In this document: one piece after another, positions 35,608 to 49,107 of the stretch
Numbering within the stretch: position 1 is the first letter of the stretch
How the letters are laid out: every line of letters starts with the position of its first letter
Origin: Takakia lepidozioides
Lineage: Eukaryota; Plantae; Bryophyta
Assembly: GCA_030704615.1 (NCBI GenBank)
Contig: CM060731.1
Coordinates: forward strand, 80,290,001-80,354,000
Direction: 5' to 3'
Length of the DNA: 64,000 nucleotides
Position numbers and translations under genes: made by a program
The notes under the pieces: model-generated
Told to the model about the DNA's origin: nothing
The model's input: the letters and a program-made list of their open reading frames with translations, nothing else
The model's database searches: none

Positions 35608-37776
35608 GAAGGGAGAGGAAAATATCGGGAGAGCGGGTGCCGCGTTATGAGGGCGCCCACTTGCCACACTAAATCTTCGCACAAGTGTCGCAGACCGAAA
35701 AGGGCCGCGCATAAATAAACCGCAACGCGAGAGTGACGTCGCGGGGTCGATTCAAGGCTCGAAAACCCGCGCGCGATCTGCTGCCAGTCAGACGGCGGGT
35801 GAGAGTAAGTGCGGTAGGGTTGAGAATGTGACACTCGGCCGTGCACTGTTGGTGGCATGATGTACTACGGCCGCAGGCGCGCTTACCGGCTGCTCCTGTC
35901 ACGCTTTGCCACCCCAATTCCGCGCCGTGCATCGTCATTCCGCGGGGATGGATGACGCTCGGACAGAGTACGTATGTACTGTATTTAGGTGTTGGAACTT
36001 GGAACTATTGATACATATAGTGCCGCGAAAATGTCAACTCAGAGGGGAAATGCCTCCAAATCATTGCGTAGTTACGTAGGAGGGCAATAAATGTGCGGGC
36101 GGAGTTCCAAATTAGAGCGAAGGTCGGTAGGGTTGCGAGAACTTGCGACGATGGGGTCGAAGCGGCGTGGCGGGCGAGGTGTTGGGGGAGTACAGTATCT
36201 ATGGGGTCGATCTGCTGCGGGGGCGTGTAAGAGAAAACGTGAGGGAGGGGATGAGTGGGAGGGATATGGGGGAAGGACGGATCCGTGGCACAATGTATTC
36301 ACGCACTCCCTGTGATGGCCCGCGCGCTGCTGCAGCGCCGATTCTGGAGTCTGCCGTCCGTCCTTTGCCTTGGCCTCCCCGGACTTCAGAAAACTGCATT
36401 AGCGCCACACAAGGGTTGGCAGAGGCGTGGGAGTACGTGGGTACAGGGGCGGCAGGGGGGCGGAGGGGGGCGGAGGCGGGTTGGCTGTCACTGGCTGATG
36501 TTGGTGAGCAATCTTGACATTATATTCTCGGGGGGAGAGGAGGGAGGGAGCGGATTCCAAGAACTCGGTTCCCAATTAGGCTGACGATGCAGGAAAGTAA
36601 TGTGTGATAACAAGTTGTTGTCCTGATGAGAGAGGGGGTGTTTGCAGTATGTAAGTTAGGTCTTCCGGATGGAGATACTCAATTAACGAACTCCCGGAAT
36701 GATGGTACTTGTATCACAGTGATGGCACTAAGCTGGGGATGACCAGTTTGCAGGAGGCGCTTTCAATCCAATGATTCAAAGAGTTTAGTAAACGGAATTC
36801 CATTCCATTCCACCTCATTTTACAGCGCACACCAGGGCATTTACAGAGCATTGAACGTCAGTGTGCCCACAGCCGCCCAAAGATTTGCAAGGCAGGCAGA
36901 GGTGGAGCAAGCGATGACGCCATGGCTCGCATACAGCCAGCATTGCACTGCAAATGCAGGGCATTCATGGGCTATGCGCAGGCATAAGAGATCATAGTAC
37001 CTTTTCCTCACTCTGGGCAAGAGCCCTCTTGGAATCGACGAGAGTCCATCTCCGAAGAGTCCGATGAACAACTTCCCGTCCGCAGCTTGGACAGAAATGG
37101 CAGTCTGCATGCAGTCATAATACGCTACAGTCCAAAACACAAGGTACATGATGATAGTGAAGCGAAAGGTTGTGGGCTGGGACCAGCCTTCAGTTATGGC
37201 TGGGTACGAATCTTTGATGGACAAAGCTTTCTGCCCAAATCCCTTTTTCGATTGCAAAGGAATGAATGATAACGAGTCATAAATGTGCAGAGCCTGTCAG
37301 ATGGCGGTTAAAGCGTAGCGGCGGCAGCTGACGCTCACCCCCAACGACTTTCTAGCTACGGCTACACCAAAACTCCCATCCCATTATGAAGTCAAGAGAG
37401 GTGAGTAAGGTGAGCGGAATCAGCAGGGAGAAGAGTCCGAGCATTGACAACACAAAATGGGGGGCCGTTTGAAAAACCAACTGAATAAAGAAACTCTTCT
37501 GCTAAGCTCATGTTGTTGTAATGCAGTTCACACTCTGTGACACGTTCAAGAGATGACAAAGCACTCAAGTTTTGGGAAGAGACAGGCAAGTCAGAGAAGT
37601 CTTTAGTGTGGGTTGATGGCAAGAAAGACACGCAATGAACTGGGGAGTGAGCGGAACCAATTTGAGATGAGCAACCTCTTCTAAAAGAGTCCTTCTGACC
37701 AAGTCCAAACCACTGGTGGGTGTTTGTCAAAGGAAACAACTCAACAAGTCACAACCACATGTAGCACTAGTTCCCC

Positions 37777-40700
37777 TTAACCTGGATTGATGAGCTCTGC
37801 GTAAGCGCCACAAGACTTGGCAATCAAAGTCTCATGGGTTCCCTTCTCCACTATTTCTCCATCCCGGATGACTGCTATAATGTCTGCATTCCGGATGGTT
37901 GAAAGCCTGCACATGAAAACTTTAGTCATGAGATGAAAGTGAGATGTGGATAAGAACCTTCTACTAACCTAATGAACCTCACTCAAAGAGTTTGCCAAAA
38001 AGTGACCAATGTTGAACGACAAGAGAGACATCTGCTAGATTGTCCCAATGACAGCTAGGTTTGATCAACAACATGAGTACTTAACAAGTCATGACATATA
38101 AGTAAAAGCTCTAGGACACAAAATTCACCTATGCGCAATGAGCACAGTTGTCCGGTCTTTCATCAGGTTGTCAAGTGCCTCCTGCACAATCTCTTCTGAC
38201 TGAGAGTCCAGGGCACTGGTAGCCTCATCCAACAACAAAATGGCAGGATCCTTGAGAACTGCCCGGGCAATTGCAATGCGCTGCTTTTGCCCACCAGACA
38301 ATTTGAGGCCCCTTTCCCCCACATCTGTCTTGTACCCATCGGGTAAGTTGCTAATGAAAGTATGAGCATTTGCAGCTTTGGCAGCCTCAATAATCTCTGC
38401 CTCAGAGGCCGCATCCCTACCATACAATATATTTTCATAAATTGTGGTTGCAAATAGGGCAGGCTCTTGCTGGACTAGTCCAATATGGCGCCGCAGCGAC
38501 CGAAGCTTGAGTTTCCGTATGTCAATTCCATCTACGGTCACCTTTCCTGCTAGAGGGTCATAGAACCTTGCGATCAATGCAATCACAGTACTCTTCCCTG
38601 ATAAACATTGGTCCACGGTTTTACTAGTGAGTATATATCTCGTGCAAAATTCCGTAACTCACACAGTTGAATAGAATATTCTAACTGGGCTGATTCCATG
38701 AGCATGTTATCACATGTCCAGTAACGTCGACTTGTGAATCTTCATCGAGAAATCAAAGGGAAGTGTGTGTGAGAGCAAGAAAGAAAGAAAAACTTTGTAA
38801 TGTCCAGGGACGTGAACAACAGCCAAAGACAGAAAAGGAACTTCTTAGGTCCAGGCCTAGAGGGCCATGGAACAAAAATAGAACAACACACTAGAACCCC
38901 TGAAACCAAATAACACATCACCTGTGCACAAAGAAAGGCAGATCTAAGACTCCAAATGTTGCTCTTGTGGAGAGAGAGGATGGACTCATGATTTTGCCGT
39001 AGCCTTGTGACCATAGACCCCGCGCCCAGTTTGGGCGGAACTAGAGGGAAAGGACACTACCTTTGTGAGGGGCTCACTCCAGTAGTGGGACTCATTACCT
39101 CGGTACAAACAATGGGTCTGGGCTTTCCGGATTCCCTCTAGAAGCCCTTTGCACAAGCACCAATCTGCAGTGTGTGAGCTGGCCAGGAATTAGACCCCAA
39201 CAGGACCAGGGGTTTAGGCTCAGCATCAAGATTGTGTGGAGAGCAGACGAAGTTGTTTGCGGTAGCCTTGTGACCATAGACCCCCCCACGCCCACTTTGG
39301 ATGGAAACAGAGGGAATAGACACTGCCTTTGTCAGGCAGTAGTGGGACTTATCTTGACATAAATAATGAGTTCGGGCTTTCCAGATATCCTCTAGAAAGC
39401 CCTTCACACAAGCATCAATCTGCTGCAGCCCAAAAGTTAGACTCCAACAGGGCCAGGGCTTTAGGCTCAAGCCTTGAGATTTTGCCATAGCCTTACGGCC
39501 ATTGACCCCGTGGGAAACTACAGGCTCTGCGGGACCTGGAGCCTTTTGTGGGGTTCGCACCCACCAGGGTTGAGAGAGGGAATGAGATCTAAAATCCACA
39601 AGTGGCCTGGGGGCCCACGGGACAAGTTGAAAACCAGAAACTCATCAAAGCCAAAAGTCTTGCCCCTTTCTACTTGAAATTCAAATTGAAACAGAGAAAA
39701 AAGGAACTTCATAATGAGGAAGAGAAACCAGAAGAAGGACCAGGTGCTTACCTGAGCCACTTGTCCCAACCAAAGCAAGGCTCTTCCCTGCATTCACCTT
39801 CAAGCTGAAGTCCTTTAAGAGAATGATCTCTGGTCTTGATGGATATGCAAATGTGATGTGCTTGAGCTCAATATCACCCCTCACCTCATTGACATCGTGG
39901 GAAGCAGGGTCAATAGGATCTATCTCTGTGGTGCGATCAAGAATCTTGAAAATGGAATTCAGTGCCTGAGAGAAGACAGATAGAGGAAAACATGTCCACC
40001 CCTCAGTGATCCAGAAATATGCAACAAAGCCTACCTGAAAGACCCACACTGCCATCCTCCACAAGCCCAATCAGATCTATTCATCCATCATTGATTCAAA
40101 GGCCTTCATCATAGTAGGGTTCTTCACCAAAATTACACAGTGTGTTCAAGTGGAAAGGATGTACAGTCAGTGATAGTATTTGGGAGTAGTATGAGTAAAT
40201 GTTGAGGACCAGAGAAAGTGTCTAGGGTAACATCACAAAGTAGGGTAACAATACAAATGTGTACAAAAAAATAGCTACCCATTCTACATAAGGCAAGGGT
40301 ACCTGAGATCCTTTTAATATATCAGGGGCCATAGTAAGTGACTCAGCCAGCATCACAGCTGTAACAATCAGCACAATAAATGTTCGCACTATGTTGGAAA
40401 AATCATCATATCTCCCATTTTTCACCAAGGTTGACGCATACCACATGGCTAGCCCATAGGAGCTGAAGATTGAAAACTGGGAGAGACCATAACCAAACCC
40501 TGCAAGGTGCCCCCGCACAAAAGTTCGCCTTTTTGGCACTTCAAGCTCCCGAATGAAGAGGTCAACCACTTTCTCTTCTGCGCAGAATGCTGCTACAGTC
40601 TTAATGTTTCCCACAGCCTCACTGGCCACCATGCTTGCCCTTGCATATGCCTTGGCCAGATCTCCTCCAAACCCTTTCAGGAATTGGTGCTGCATTTGGA

Positions 40701-43700
40701 AATTTCCAAGGCTGGAACAAGGCTGGATGCAATAAATCTAATTCTTTGTTCTTCCAACTTCAAATTATGTCAGATACTGAGATGGTACTGAACTTCTCTT
40801 GAGAAAGTCTTTTGCCCATTCATTTACTTATTTAAAAAGGAGTTGGATGAAGTAAAATTAGTCAGGGTAGGACGACCAGTCTCAATTCTAGAAGAAGGCC
40901 AGTTGTATTACCTCACCCACAAACGCACCAACCATAAAAGGGTAAGTGGCCAATACTACAGATGCCACCCGCCACTCCAAGTAGAAGCCAATGCCAAAGG
41001 CCAGAAGGAGAAGCGCAAATGTCATTAAAATCATTGACATGCGATCACCCACAGAGGCCCGTACTAGTGTAGCATCGATAGACAGACGAGAAGCCATCAA
41101 ACTACTGTTATTCTCATCTTGGTCAAACCAACCCACCTCCTGGCGAAGGATTGCTGCCATGCCCACTCCATTTCTTTGGTTCAGGTAACGACTTCATCTT
41201 GTTAGGAAGGCTGTGGGATCACTTTAACTCAAGACATTCCTCAAAACATTCATTAGAAATTTAAAGATGTGATTGCAGATTATCCAGTTGAAGAATGGTA
41301 GAACGAATGAAGGAAAGAAATTATGTAATGTCCACAAAGGAGAGAGCAAAAAAGAAAAGAAAAGTGGGGCCCCCAACAACCACTATCATAGCCAGAAGAC
41401 TGCAATGCATCTTGAACAGATTCTCTAAGGTGCAGAGCCTCATCTAGATGTATTGCAAGACATCTTTGATCTTTGCAACGAAACACCTCAGTGAGGGATG
41501 CCTGTGTAGAAAGGCACTACCAAATAGTGAAAGAAGAAATGTAATCTCCCATCTGTCTTTGGAAACACAAGCAGGGCAAAAGGGTTTTGGCACGCTGCAG
41601 TTTATGCCATCTGCCAGCCGCTATCCTCAGGCTATGTGAGCCCACCCTGAACCTTTCCAATGACCCTAGAAGAGGCACGAACAAATAATTGGGCTGTGAG
41701 ATTCTATCTTCACAGAGGATGAGGAAGGTGTCACGATAGAACTGAAACTTGGTTGTAAGGGAGGTGGGTAGCAGGGAGTATATGGAGAGGGGACGGAGAA
41801 AGAGAAGCAAGGAACTGTGACGCAAAACACACAGGCAAACCTTACATGAGAACAACTTTTCTCGGACCCGAATAGTGAGGCGCTCCCCCATGACCTCAAA
41901 GAAATAATGTTGCATCATGAAAACAATGATGGTCACTGGAACTCCAGCAGTAAACAATAAGCAGATCTTGCGAACCTGAAGCCGTATGTATGCATCCTTG
42001 AAGCTGTAGAAAGAGACCAAAATGTCACTCATACCAAGAGCGGCGAGAGGGGTTTTCCAGCCCGCCATCATCGCGCCAATTGAACCCAGAAGAGCATAGG
42101 GCCACTCAGGTGCATTGAGCTTGAGTAGTCTTAACAAGGAGGGTCTTCGGGATGGTGTATGAATTATTGGAGGATATGCAGAATCGGAGGACCCTGCTTG
42201 GGAAACCATATCTGCCTCTGCTTCTTGCTCAATAGGTCGCGAACTCTGACTCCACCGCTGCAAGAGGGAAGACCCACACGATTGTCTGCCATGATAACGT
42301 TCCAGCCACATCAGCACACCCTTATTATGAAATGTCTGATGTGAGTTTTGAACAAGAGGCTAAGAGAATTCACAGACCTCGAGTTCTGTCTGGTGAAGGC
42401 TGGGCTAGTGTCACAAGATCTGGTCTCCCGCAAAAAGCATGCCCCACGGGAACCCGTGTGGGAGTCACGACAACTGCTGTAGTCACCAAGCATGTTTTAC
42501 AGATGTTAGTAAGTTCATACAATGGAAGGCACAAGCAGAAAGATGGAAAACAATTAACCCTTTTTGTCATCTCGGAGAAATGTTGAGAGGGAGATCCTGC
42601 AGGATCCTCTCTTTGCAGTTACATAAATTATAAAGCTATAGGAGGCCACCCTCCAGATTTTCCATTATGCCTCCAATCTGTCTGGGGTTAAATAACTAGT
42701 CAAAATCAGAGAAGGTGACAGATATGGACCAAGACAGGACATGGTATCCCTGGTGAAAGGATTGTGATGAGTCACCGCAGCCGGTTGGATGGTGTACCTG
42801 AAAACTGCAGTCGGGGAAACCATATCATAACTCCCCACCCAGTTGCTGCAAGTAAGCTCCAGCAATTATGACCAAACAGGGGCCCTTAGTTAGAACATGA
42901 GAAACAAATGAAGATTCCTACTTGAGTACAGAAATGTCAATTGATATGGATACAAAGACGGCTCCTCATTGACAACAAGTCCAAAACCTGCATGACCCCA
43001 AACGCACATATAGAAAAGGGAGGCGGAGGCAGATGGGTGGGAGAGGGAAAGGTGTGCCAACAGGCAAGTCCAGCAGATGCTGGGTCAAAGCTTTACCTCC
43101 AATCAGACAAAAAAATGTATCTAATACATAAAAAAAGAGGGTGCTTGATTCATTCACCTGGAATGCCGAGTTGTTATGCCAGGAGTGTTCTCATGCAGCT
43201 GTTTGTCAATGCGCATGGATGGCTCTTTCTTAATTACCCGGGCAGCCTCTTGCATTTTCACAAGTTTAGTGTATGTCCCCATCTCCCCTTTAGCTGTAAT
43301 CATGGTTACACAACACAACAAATGAGGATAAGAATCAACAAATTTACAGTTGGAACTTCATCTTGATATTGGTGAGATTCTTTAGCTGTTTGGACAAGCA
43401 GGCAGCAGCACTGGTCGTGCAAGGGCTCACAGAGGATATGGTGATGCAGCAGAGGGTGTGCAACCCACGATGAAAGTTGAAGGTTTACAGATCATTTGCA
43501 ATTTCTCTGCTATAGAATGGGAATTTGATTTTTGTCTGTCATAAGGATGACCACTGACACCAAACTTACCTTTCCAAGGACTGGTATGGCAATACACAAG
43601 AGTCCCAACTGAGAGGAGAGAGAAACTTATCATGTCGGAAAGCCCGTGAGAGGCCCAGAGAGCTCATGGGTTCCAGAGTGAACCACAGAAACCAAAGAAC

Positions 43701-46700
43701 AAATCAAGTACATGTGAGCAGTTGTAACCCACCCAAGAGTTCATCATGTGTGCCTGCCTCCATCACACACCCATTCTCTACAACAAATATAGTACTCGCA
43801 TTGCGGATGGTGGAGAGTCGATGTGCAATTATGACAGTAGTACACCCTATCATAAGTTGATCCAGCGCTTCCTGCACTAACTGCTCTGACCCTGCATCCA
43901 ACGCACTCGTCGCCTCATCCAGGAGAAGAATAGTGGGGTTTTTCAACATGGCCCGTGCAATCGCAATGCGCTGTTTTTGGCCTCCTGAGAGCTGCACTCC
44001 CCTCTCACCCACCTGCGCAAAAGGGCAAAGAGCAACTTTCAGCTTGAAAAACCATCTGAAATGCATGATTAATGTAACCCCCTTCCTGGTCTCTCATCTC
44101 CTGGTCCCTCTCATTCTCTTTCTCGAAGCTCTTTGGGCTCCTAGTGGACGTTGTACAGTGCCCTAATCTTATTTGTTCAGGTTGAGACTTTAATTCCACT
44201 TATAGCTAATGTTGATCATGCACATGATATATAGAGAGACTAATCCAAATGCTATCAGCTCTTCTCTCACAAGGCTGCATTAAGAGTGCTTTCCTTAGGA
44301 GCTGACCAGCTTTGAGTCTACTGTTATGGCATTCCTAGATTTGCCAAGGCTCAAGCTTGGTAAATTGTAAAGCTTCATCAAGGGTGTTCTCCTATTTCCT
44401 GCCCACAAAGAAACAATGCCAGGAAAGCACCTTTCTGACATGGGAGACTTGCATCGCTCATCATAATCCATGATCTACTTCCATCGTATTTATTAAAAGA
44501 CACATTGCAGCAAACCTGAGTGTTGTACTTCTGAGGGAGCTGGTCAATAAAGGCATGAGCATTGGATGCCTTGGCCACGGCAGCAACCTCTGTCATCGTT
44601 GCGCCATCTTTTCCATACATTATATTTTCTACGATGCTCATTGCGAACAGGGCAGGCTCCTGGTTTACAAGTCCAATCTGCCCTCGCAGCCACCGCAGTT
44701 GCAAGCTCTTTATATTGTGTCCGTCGAGGAGCACCTCCCCTTTTGCAGGGGCATAAGCAAGGAAGAGATTTTAAGTGCAGCCTAGGCATTTGATGTCGGG
44801 TGTGGCACAGGACAGCAGTGAGTGGGCCTCTGATTAGAAAATTATTTGTGTCTACTATGTTCTTTCAGTGGTTCTACTGTGTTATGCCACTGCCCTTGGC
44901 CCCCCCTGTGGACAATGCAAAGTTTCTCTCTTTCTTTCTTTCTCTCCCCTTGTTTTATTAGCTGTTGTTCTCCAATCACCTTTTTCTGCTTCCTGTGGGT
45001 GTTTCCTTTGCTTCTCTGTTGTTTACTTTTTCGTGACAAAGAGATAAACCACTGTGGATAAACGTTGTAATTGTCATGCCAAGAAACACCCACAGCTAGG
45101 AGAAGCACAGAGTCCGTTCTACTGTACCTACCCAAGGAAGTGTTGCCAGGCTGAAATGCCCAAAAAGAGAACCAAACGCGCATGCCCCCAAAAAGGCAGA
45201 GCCAAAGTACACTCTTGACTGGATGCAGATGAGAACACCAGATGGGACATGAACAATAGTCTACAATGAGCACCGAATCCAAATAGTAAGATAGCAATAG
45301 GATTTTTGTGATAAAATCTTCCTGTTCTCTCTCTTCTGTGACTACTGCAAGTCACATCTTTTTCTGGTGGAAGGCTGCATTAGCAGTGTCTGAATCAACG
45401 GTACTTCTACTATAACCTCGATGGCATGGTTATATCATCACTGAACCAACCCTGTAACCTGCATGTTGTACGCTGTCTATAAATGCTATTGCAAATTATC
45501 CCATTAAATTAAGATGTAAGGCCCAAGTGATAGCAATTGACACAGGGAGCAGCTTCTCACGATATCTCTATCCAAAACTAGATAACAAAATGTGAAAGTA
45601 TCGTCCAGATTTTGACAAAAGCATACCTGAGTCTGGGTCGTAAAACCGCTCAATCAGAGATACAATAGTGCTTTTTCCCGCGCCACTGCTGCCAACAATA
45701 GCAACCATCTTTCCAGGAGGAATTGAGAGACAGATATTGTCAAAAATGACCACGTCTGGTCTGGAAGGGTAGCTGAAGCAAACATTACGAAGTTCAATGT
45801 GGCCTGTAACCTGAGGAAGGATATCTCCATCGAGACTCTGGTTGCTGTTTCTGTCATTCTTTTTGTCTATCGTGTCTAGGATGTTATAGGCCGCTGCTGT
45901 TCCCTTTGCAAAGGTTTGTAGGTTTGGCGCAATTTGACCCAAAGCACTGCATTTAATATATATCACAACAGGTAGGTTAGACAGGATGGCAGTAATTACT
46001 AGGACATTTGTTCATTTTGAGTAGGAAAAGAGATAGGGTTAGCATCCAGAAATTCTGTTAAATTCCCAACAAGCCAGACACACAGATGACATAAATCTGT
46101 GCACACTCCCTGCATCATGTCCATACATTCTTGAGAGGCTTACAGGCCACTGACAACTGCATTGATTATGGTGGTGAAAGCCTGGCCTCCATTGGTGATC
46201 TTCCGCAACACCAGCAAACTAGCATACCAGAAGAGTAATGCCCAGACACCAACGAGGAGCCCATGAGTCAACCCAACACTGAGACCTTTGGCAAAACCTC
46301 CCCTCTTGGCCATGGTGAGTGTCATCTGGAGAGCATTGCTGTAAGCTTGAAGAGTCTTTGCTTCACCAACAAAGGAGTACACAGTACGAACTTGAGAGAT
46401 GGCCTATTTCCAACACACACAAATGTTGGTTAGAGACCCACAAGTTCCCGACTCCATTACATCTGAAATCATCAATTGAACCAAGGAATCCTCGGATCAA
46501 ACTTTGTTCAAAGCAGAACTTGACTTTTTGTCTTTCTCCGACTCCTCCCTTCCCCCCCAACTTCTCAAGAACACAGTTGAGATCACTCGGTGTCACTGCC
46601 CCTATCTAACAATTGGTAAGATTAAAATGGTATAGAAAGGGATGGTTTCCCCTACAATCCCTCACCTCTTCTGCAATCCCACCAGCCTTTGCATATGCCT

Positions 46701-49107
46701 TCTGACTTCGTTTGGTAAGACCAATCCGGACGGCCATATAGGTACCCGCAGCCACTGCAAGGAGGGGAAGAACTGAGAGAGTGACTGAAGTCAGCTGCCA
46801 GATTGATGAAAAGCTGATGGAGATTCCTCCCACGAATATGGCCAGGTAATGCAAAAAAGTCCCGGCCTGCAATTTAGAAAATCTCAGTGCAGACCAACTT
46901 ATGTGCCATATAGAACCTAATGGATCAGTAAGTGACAGGCTGTATGCACTACCAGCCACTTAACATATGCAAGTCCTCTCCCTTCAATTACTCAGTACAA
47001 AGGATTCAGCTTCTTATGTAACTTATGTCTGACCTTCTCGCCAATCGCTTCCTGGACCAGTAGTGTATCACTTGAAATGTGGCTCACAATTTCTCCACTT
47101 GAGGCATCTGTGTCGAAGAAGCCTACCTCCTAAATGTACAGTTGAACACAATCAAGAGCGTATTAGATAGGTCGTACAATACAGTATCAAAGAGTTGCAC
47201 AACATGCTTGTTTCATTTGTGTGGTCGAAGAGTACCTTGGTGAGCATTGCACGCAAGTATCTTGTCCGCATTTGGGCTGACTGGCGCTCTCCAGTGACCA
47301 TCCAGCATGAGACCTCTGCGCCCCATCGATTTTCCTACATCCATTGATTCCACCAATATCTCGTCGTTCTATTTTCCGTCTAGTGTTTTCTCAATTCGGG
47401 ACAAGCAAGCATCCAGATCATTGAATCTAACACTGTCTTACACTCTGAGGATCTTGAAAGACTGTCCACAGAAAGTTATCAGAGGGCAGGTATGTTGCGT
47501 TTCTTTTTCGAAGGAGAAAATCAAATTTTTATCTTTGTGACCAATCTGAAAATCTAGGACAAGGATGAGCTCAGACAGAAGCTCAACAATTAAACCTGTG
47601 TGCACTCTATAGCAGGAATTCCAGAAAGAGAAAAAAGTCCAATACATAAGCAAAAACAGGGTAGAGCCAGCAATGGTGGTGATTGAGTCACCTCATTCTG
47701 CCCACTCAAAGGCTATTTTAAAAATGTTACAGTCGGCATTGTAGGAAGAATAGGCGCACCTAGCCATGCAGCCACCAGACAAACAAGACCCAAGTAGACG
47801 AAGGTCAAAGAACACTGCACAGCCCACATTGAAAAGTCAAGGCTCTCCAGCTCTGTGTGTTGTTAAATAAGTACCAAGCATTATCTTCATAAACAATGAG
47901 CTAATTCAGTAGTTTCAATGTTGGGCACCTATTGATCAAAACAGGTGAAACCACACTGCACACTCAAGAGACCACTTGAAATTTGTTAAGGAGGTGTGAA
48001 CTACAACCACCATCGTTAGCCTCCAGATGCAGAAGACAGAATTGAGATCACTCGCCTCCAATATCAATGAAAAGGAAGGCAAGATGGATACATACATTCG
48101 AGACTTCTTTGCTCTGCTTGCTGATGTCGCCGAAGCTATGGCCCAAATCATTGATGAGCCGTGCGAAAAAGATAAAGAATACAGGGACTGCAACCCCATG
48201 TGCAAACGCCCCGAGGGTCCCCAGCGCCATGAGCAGATAATCGATCCGGTCCGCAAATACAAAGAGCTTGTAGTAGGGAACTCTTTGTCTTCCCTCCCCA
48301 TCTCCCGCACGAATTGAGCCTCTTCTCTCTCTTAGTGGTACTCTTGGGGATGGAGATTTTCTTGGTGATGATGGAACCCTTGGTAATCGCAAGCTCTGCA
48401 GTCCCACGCTGTCTAGCCCTGAGATAGAAACTTGAACGTTAGCTTGTCCATGGATGCATTGAAGTTTCGATTTGAATTTCGGGTCTACTAGTATTTCTTG
48501 GATGTGACCACAACTCTGCGTAATGTACAACAGAAACTGGAACTTATGCCTTCTGTTATTATATCTTTTGGATCCATATGAGCCTATCTTCTTTACCGAA
48601 AAGCAGTGGACACTAAACTAGTCCTGGAATGTCGGGTGGATATAGGTCACTCCGTACTATGTGAATGCACGCAGCTGACATCAGAGTCCGAAAACGACCA
48701 TGGTCTAGGTGCACAAATACAAGGGACTGTGGAGGTTTGAAATTCTGTAGGTGTCACCTTTTTCCCAGCAATGATTCAAAGACAAACTGATACAGAGGCT
48801 GGGGTTGGTGAAGCTGGATATGCTCGAATACTCTTAAGACCACATGAAATGAGGATCTCTCAAGGTTGATGGGAGCGTGTGTAAGAGAAGGAAGAGTCTA
48901 TTTTCAATAGTAGACACTTCTTGTTCAGTTTTTTATCCAAATATTCAAAAGCTCGTCAATTGTGGTTTGCCACGGTAGATCATCATCACCTGGCTGTATG
49001 AGACTAGGCACAGTGTCCGATGAGCATCTGCAGTAAACGGAACTGCTAGCCTCCTTTGATCCTGATTCTGTCTCTTCTTCTCCTGGGCTCTCCAAGTCTG
49101 CCTCCAT
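37777..49107 (-). CDS. Full-length ABCB (MDR/P-glycoprotein) transporter, ~17 exons, start exon uncertain
   Basis: Approximate exons: 49107-48990 (tentative), 48418-48096, 47814-47760, 47315-47236, 47129-47034, 46866-46666, 46403-46144, 45946-45627, 44739-44517, 44012-43733, 43294-43158, 42285-41846, 41153-40911, 40689-40303, 39965-39752, 38597-38128, 37906-37777. Architecture TMD-NBD-TMD-NBD with GSSGAGKST and GTSGSGKST, and two copies each of [19 protein letters not shown] and [11 protein letters not shown]. Confidence 0.95.
38990..39510. repeat. Diverged tandem repeat (two ~230-265-bp units plus a partial third) in an ABCB intron
   Basis: TAGCCTTGTGACCATAGACCCC recurs at ~39000 and ~39263, with a variant at ~39488. 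Downstream blocks (AGTAGTGGGACT, GGGCTTTCC...AAGCCC, TTAGAC.CCAACAGG) are collinear. Confidence 0.85.
41405..41790 (-). mobile_element. 5'-truncated RTE-X-like LINE fragment in an ABCB intron
   Basis: [13 protein letters not shown]...[16 protein letters not shown]...[22 protein letters not shown] aligns by eye with the ORF at 63570-63983. Confidence 0.85.

Noticed and set aside
36000-37300. Overlapping ORFs between BURP and ABCB, one faintly protease-like (HAVII...GWVRI)
   Set aside because: The similarity is too weak and the frames are inconsistent. GC-rich sequence explains the ORF density.
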